Assembly: GCA_051294375.1 (NCBI GenBank)
Contig: CM119266.1
Span: forward strand, 3,455,510-3,513,981
Source: Paraspadella gotoi
Taxonomy: Eukaryota > Animalia > Chaetognatha
DNA length: 58,472 bases
Direction: 5' to 3'
The notes beneath the pieces are model-generated. The model was not told the origin of the DNA. It did not search any database and worked only from the letters and a program-made list of their open reading frames with translations. How positions within the stretch are numbered: position 1 is the first letter of the stretch; each line of letters opens with the position of its first letter. Position numbers and translations under genes: made by a program. Below are positions 53,273-58,472 of the stretch, piece after piece.

Positions 53273-53819
53273 TTTTAAAGCTTAAAATGTCTTTCCTTTC
53301 TTTTTTCCTTCTTGCACTTTCGACAAAAGGTTAAAGCAATTATCGACGCGAAAAGAAAAATGTTCTGAGTCTCGTTTATCAACCGGACGTTTCTTTCTTT
53401 TTTACTTTCTTTCTTTTTTACTTTCTTTCTTTTTTAAAAGTAAAGTTATAATCAAAACTCTCACGGTGATAAAAGTCGACGTTTTTCTTTGAAATTAACT
53501 TTTTTTTCTTTCCTCCGTGACGACGACTGCGATCGCCGACTGAGATATGCAAATGAGATTAAACGGTTTCGATCGTTTTATAATAAAGGGGAAAAGCCAA
53601 AAAGTTTTCGGATGTAAAAAATTATCCGTTAATGTGGAATGTTTTATTTAAATATGATCTTGTTGATGAAATACAGTATACTAATGTTTAGTAATGAAAG
53701 TCAAGTATAGAGTAGCGTTAATCGAAGTAATGTCATTCTTTGCTGTGAATAAAAGGAATAAATACTAAATATTGATGGAATAGAGAAGTCTTTATAATAG
53801 TACCATCGTTGATCAATCC

Positions 53820-54720
53820 CGGATAGTCAAAAAACGTGGAAAGATAGTCGAATTAAGGTGAGTAAATATTGTAAAGTTGGCAAGCCAATAGTAATACTCG
53901 AGAAAATAGGATTGTCCGTGACGAGTATGCTACTGCGTGCGGCATGGGACAACACGCGAGGTTTACATTCCATCCGGTCTGCTGTCTGTCTTCTCTCATC
54001 ATTGGCATGGTCTGTCTGGTCTATGCCGTACTGGTCCACCTTAGCAAAAACAGCAATTACTTGTGATGGAAATCGATGGAGATTGGAATGAACATATTTC
54101 GTGTGTGGTTAGGAGAAAGTGTGTGAGTGTTAATAAAAAATGGAAAAAATAAAAAAGGTAAGATTTGCAACCTATTTTGAGACGGCCAATACCTCATGTA
54201 ACATCGCATAGCGTGGCAATTAAATTGATTATTAATGAAATAAGCTAATCTAATTTATTATAATAAATAAGTAATTTAATTAATTTATTAATTATTTTTT
54301 AATTAATTTAATTAATATTAATTTTAGTTATCGAGCATTGTTGTTTTTGTGATTGAGAAGGCGACGACCAAGTGGAACCAAAGCGATTTTTGACCACGGC
54401 AATAAAAAAAACTTACATATTAATTATTAACTCCACATTAATTTCACCATTATCTGGAATCAGCGGTGCCGATTCAACCGGCTGCAGGCGTATGCGATAC
54501 AGCGGAATCGTGTTAAGGCTCTCGGGCAGGGTAATGTACCGGCAATTGGGTTTCGCTAAGACTATTGTTACTATAGGCTAGCAGTTTAAATGTAAGAATA
54601 GTACAGAAATGTATTATTCACTCAAATAGATTAATCAGTTAATTAATCAATTCAGTGAATTAAATTATTCAATAATAAATTAATTTTTTATTCAGTCGGA
54701 AGCGTAATTAGTCAATATCA
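53820..54720 (+). repeat. Insertion-rich noisy copy of ~52370-53200
   Basis: CCACCTTAGCAAAAA, TTTCGTGTGTGGTTAGG, TTGTGATTGAGA and TTAATCAGTTAATTAATCAAT anchors occur in the same order. Confidence 0.8.
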
Positions 54721-57143
54721 CGGGAAAAAAAAGTCGTCGAGAGCCTTCAAAGAGTATCATATTATAATGGAATAGTTACAACTTCGATAGCTTACGACCG
54801 ATAATGCAGGAATTTCTTTCTGACTCGAGGAAGAGGCAGGGATAGCCTGACTACTGATATGTCATAGGCCTATGAGGTGAAGACGCTTATGTATCGGCCC
54901 GAGTCTATTGGCTGTGATTGTTCGGGTGAAAGCTTCTGCTCTCTCATGTTGTGTCTATCGTAGTGGCAATCAAGCTGTTAGATCGGAATGCGAGAGAGTT
55001 CACCACCAGTCCGAGTATTAAGAGCCACGAAATCGCATCCAGAGATAAGCGCCAGAGATCGCAGGAGAGATATTGTAAGAACGTTGTTACCTGAAGGAGA
55101 GGGTCAATGAGCCATATCGGGACGGCGGAGCCCCAATGTGACTCAGATATGAAGAGCGTATGCGACGGTGACGGTGTTGTGTGTATGTCATTGTGCGTTT
55201 CTATCATATAGTTAGCGTGACCATTTCAGCAGCTATTAGAGGCGGTCTTCAGGTATGATTGGAGTTCTATATGTGTACAAAAAGTATAGTGAGATGTGGA
55301 CGATATTCACGACGGAAGAGGGCAAAATATCTGAGGTATCTCGACGAGTCGCGTAAAGATTTGACGAGGTTTTATCGAGCGTGTGTTTATGCTGGGACCT
55401 CTTATGTAGAGATTCACCTCGTGTACGATAGAGGTATGCTGCACGTTCGTACCGCGCAGGTCCTTCTCTCGACGTTGTGCGGCTATATTGGACGCTATTC
55501 GGTGATGCGAGGCAAGAGAACAGACCGGGCCAGGATGGGACACATCGAGATGTTACGAGGGAAGGATACGGATAAGGCGGCAAATAGAGACAGTGCCATG
55601 TACCGTCTGGAGACTTTACTCGCGAACACATTATCACAATGCTAGAGACAGGGCGGCATTCACGCGGGAGGTTTAATAACGAGGTCATTACGCTGTGGTG
55701 CTATGCACTTCGATCTCACTGTGTAGTGGAGATTTACAATGTCATATATCTATTATATGGCGGAGAAGTATTACAGAAACGGTACAATATTCTTGTTGTC
55801 ACCATGAGAGTGCCGATGTTATACTATACCCAAGCGTACACAGAATTCCAGAGTCTCGGAACTGAGAGAGTTGCAACAGAAAAAACAAGCAGCAACACAG
55901 AGAACGAGTACGAGGTACGTAATAGATATTGAGGCACAGGTTCGAACGTGTTGCTACTATATTGATTTCAAGGTCATAAGGCATAAATGTATCATCAATA
56001 TAGTATGAGAGAGTGGGTAAATAAATGTGATCGAGGAAATAATGTAAATCTACATTAGAAGATAAGGGATGGGCGAGGAGCGCTAGCGTGGGTACAGCTT
56101 CGGCTATCGCACCCTGCGTTAAGCACGCGCGCTAGAGTATTATATAGGTATAAAAGAAGTCTGAGTGAGAGACCAGAGAGGAGAGGGAGACCGAGAGAAG
56201 AAATGGTATGAAATAAAGCATAAGGAAGAAAGTGCAGGGAGAGACTCAGGGCGCAGGAAGGATATAGTTGCGGTGGGGAGATGCGTAGAGTAGAAGGAGA
56301 GAGAATGAGGAGTTGAGAGGAGAGAAGAAGAGAAGAGAAAGAAAGGAGGGGGAGAGAGATTTTTTCAAGCGNNNNNNNNNNNNNNNNNNNNNNNNNGGAG
56401 GCGATGAGTCGATGATGGATTTCGGATTGATCGATCGTTTTTCCTGAGGCCGACGACGCGAGGCCGTCCCTTCTTTACCGACTTTGGAGCGACCCTGACC
56501 GACGTCTTGACCGACAAGTTTATCAAACAGATTAATTGAGCTCGTTGCTTAGTTCGTAACGACCCGCTTAGGATATTTGTTTAATTGTAATCTGTATTGT
56601 ATTTGTACTCGTGTCGAAAGATCGGATGTTCTTGCGTCGTGAAGATTTCATTTACAATTTTCTTGTTTAGTTGAGACGTGTTGATGCGGTTGTAATGATG
56701 CTGTTAAATATTTGCTGTTATAGTGATGATGTTGTGGTTATTCACTGATTAAGTTGCTAATATCTAATAGCTAATAGCTGATAACTCAATCGCAGCGTCG
56801 ACGATGACAACAACAACAACCAGTGGCTGCACCAATAAATGTAAATCACTTTCAAGGGCTTAAACAAAACTGTTACTGCGGCACTAATAACATTTTGGTA
56901 CTTGCAAAAATGTTATAAATCAAAATAATATTATTTTTGTTTCAATATATGATATTGAAAAATAAGAAATTAGAAGAAGAATAAAATAGAAAAATAATAA
57001 AAAAAAACACCTGTTAAAAATATCAAAAAAATAATTTTTAAAAGATTTAAAATAATAAAATTTAACCAAACAATTGCTATTTTGTGAAGAGCAGGTGCAA
57101 GTGAAGACTAGTGGTGCAGATAAGTTTAGTTTTAATGTTCTTA

Positions 57144-57477
57144 TCATCTTACAAAAGGCTCCTGCTTAAATCAGCTCTTGTAGTAAAATATAGGAGTGAA
57201 CAATAAAAAAAAATTAATGGGCACTCTCTTCTTTGTTTTTTAGAAAGAAGTTAAACCTCTTATGGACGTACTTAAACGNNNNNNNNNNNNNNNNNNNNNN
57301 NNNNNNNNNNNNNNNNNNNNNNNNNNNAAAGTTTATTTTGAATGTTCCTTTATCTTACAAAAGGCCTTCTGCTTTACAGCCCTTTAGTAAAATAGGGNNN
57401 NNNNNNNATCTTACAAAAGGCCTCCTGCTTTACAGCTCTTTAGTAAAATAGGGTGAAAATACAAAGAAAATTTAATG
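57144..57477 (+). repeat. Three copies of a ~50-70 bp unit separated by small gaps
   Basis: ATCTTACAAAAGGC(C)TCCTGCTT..CAGC.CTT.TAGTAAAATA at ~57145, ~57352 and ~57408. Confidence 0.75.
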
Positions 57478-58472
57478 NNNNNNNNNNNNNNNNNNNNNNN
57501 NNNNNNNNNNNNNNNNNNNNNNNNNNNNNNNNNNNNNNNNNNNNNNNNNNNNNNNNNNNNNNNNNNNNNNNNNNNNNNNNNNNNNNNNNNNNNNNNNNNN
57601 NNNNNNNNNNNNNNNNNNNNNNNNNNNNNNNNNNNNNNNNNNNNNNNNNNNNNNNNNNNNNNNNNNNNNNNNNNNNNNNNNNNNNNNNNNNNNNNNNNNN
57701 NNNNNNNNNNNNNNNNNNNNNNNNNNNNNNNNNNNNNNNNNNNNNNNNNNNNNNNNNNNNNNNNNNNNNNNNNNNNNNNNNNNNNNNNNNNNNNNNNNNN
57801 NNNNNNNNNNNTGGGTGCAGACAAAAGAGCAAATTCTTATAGAAAATAAAGGGAAAATTCTCATAGTAAAGAAAGTAAGAGACAAATCCTTGTAGTAGGA
57901 AGAAAAAGTTAGATAGACAACAACAAAAAAATTAAAAAACATTGTACAATTTGAGGGGGTAAGTAGAAGTAGAAGTAAAACAACCACAACCGCCATTTTA
58001 ATTTCTTTTCCTCTTTCTTTCTCACATCAAAATTCTGATGACAATCTTGAATCTCTTATCAATGCCAAACTTCTCTTTTTGCGCCACCAACGGATTTTCG
58101 ATGGAACTGAAGAGATAATAATAAGAGATAATCCGTTTAATCATATAAACAAAAAAACTGGTACAATTTATAAATACTTAAAATCTGGTCAAAACGAAGC
58201 GATAAATATTTAAATAAAAAAGTGAAGCGAATAAAATATCATTGATGAGAGATGAATAGTCGATGGACGAATAAACTCAATAAATTATTTACGTTCGCTT
58301 AATTGTAAAGATGAACGATTGTGGGAATTGTTTTAAAGGACAGAATCTCAAACCAACCAATCTCATTGGCTAAATGATACGATCTCCATACACGCTCGGA
58401 ATCCACGCTACTACAACGCAAATTCGGTGATGACTCAATCACTAACGCCCAATGCCATCTTTACCTTTGTTG

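Overview
This is an AT-rich, microsatellite-dense eukaryotic (metazoan-like) draft scaffold, not a prokaryotic locus. Short clean contigs end at GA/CT, GTC and GAT repeats and are joined by N gaps. Several stretches look like single error-prone long reads pasted in by gap filling, and five gaps are exactly 25 N. The dominant structure is an ~18 kb palindrome (arms ~13080-21895 and ~21983-31158, 87 bp spacer). Internal evidence suggests it is a fold-back/gap-fill artefact joining two haplotypes, although a real palindrome cannot be excluded. The arms carry exons of an unidentified poly-Ala/Ser-rich, transcription-factor-like gene and a 625 bp Tc1 deletion derivative. A second duplication (39.5-43.5 kb vs 43.5-51.3 kb) exposes empty and filled insertion sites. 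These show a nested Tc1/mariner MITE > DINE-1/HINE-like Helentron element > second HINE-like element. Most ORFs in the supplied track come from microsatellites, N runs or read noise. I found no support for a new enzymatic system, CRISPR array or RNA gene.
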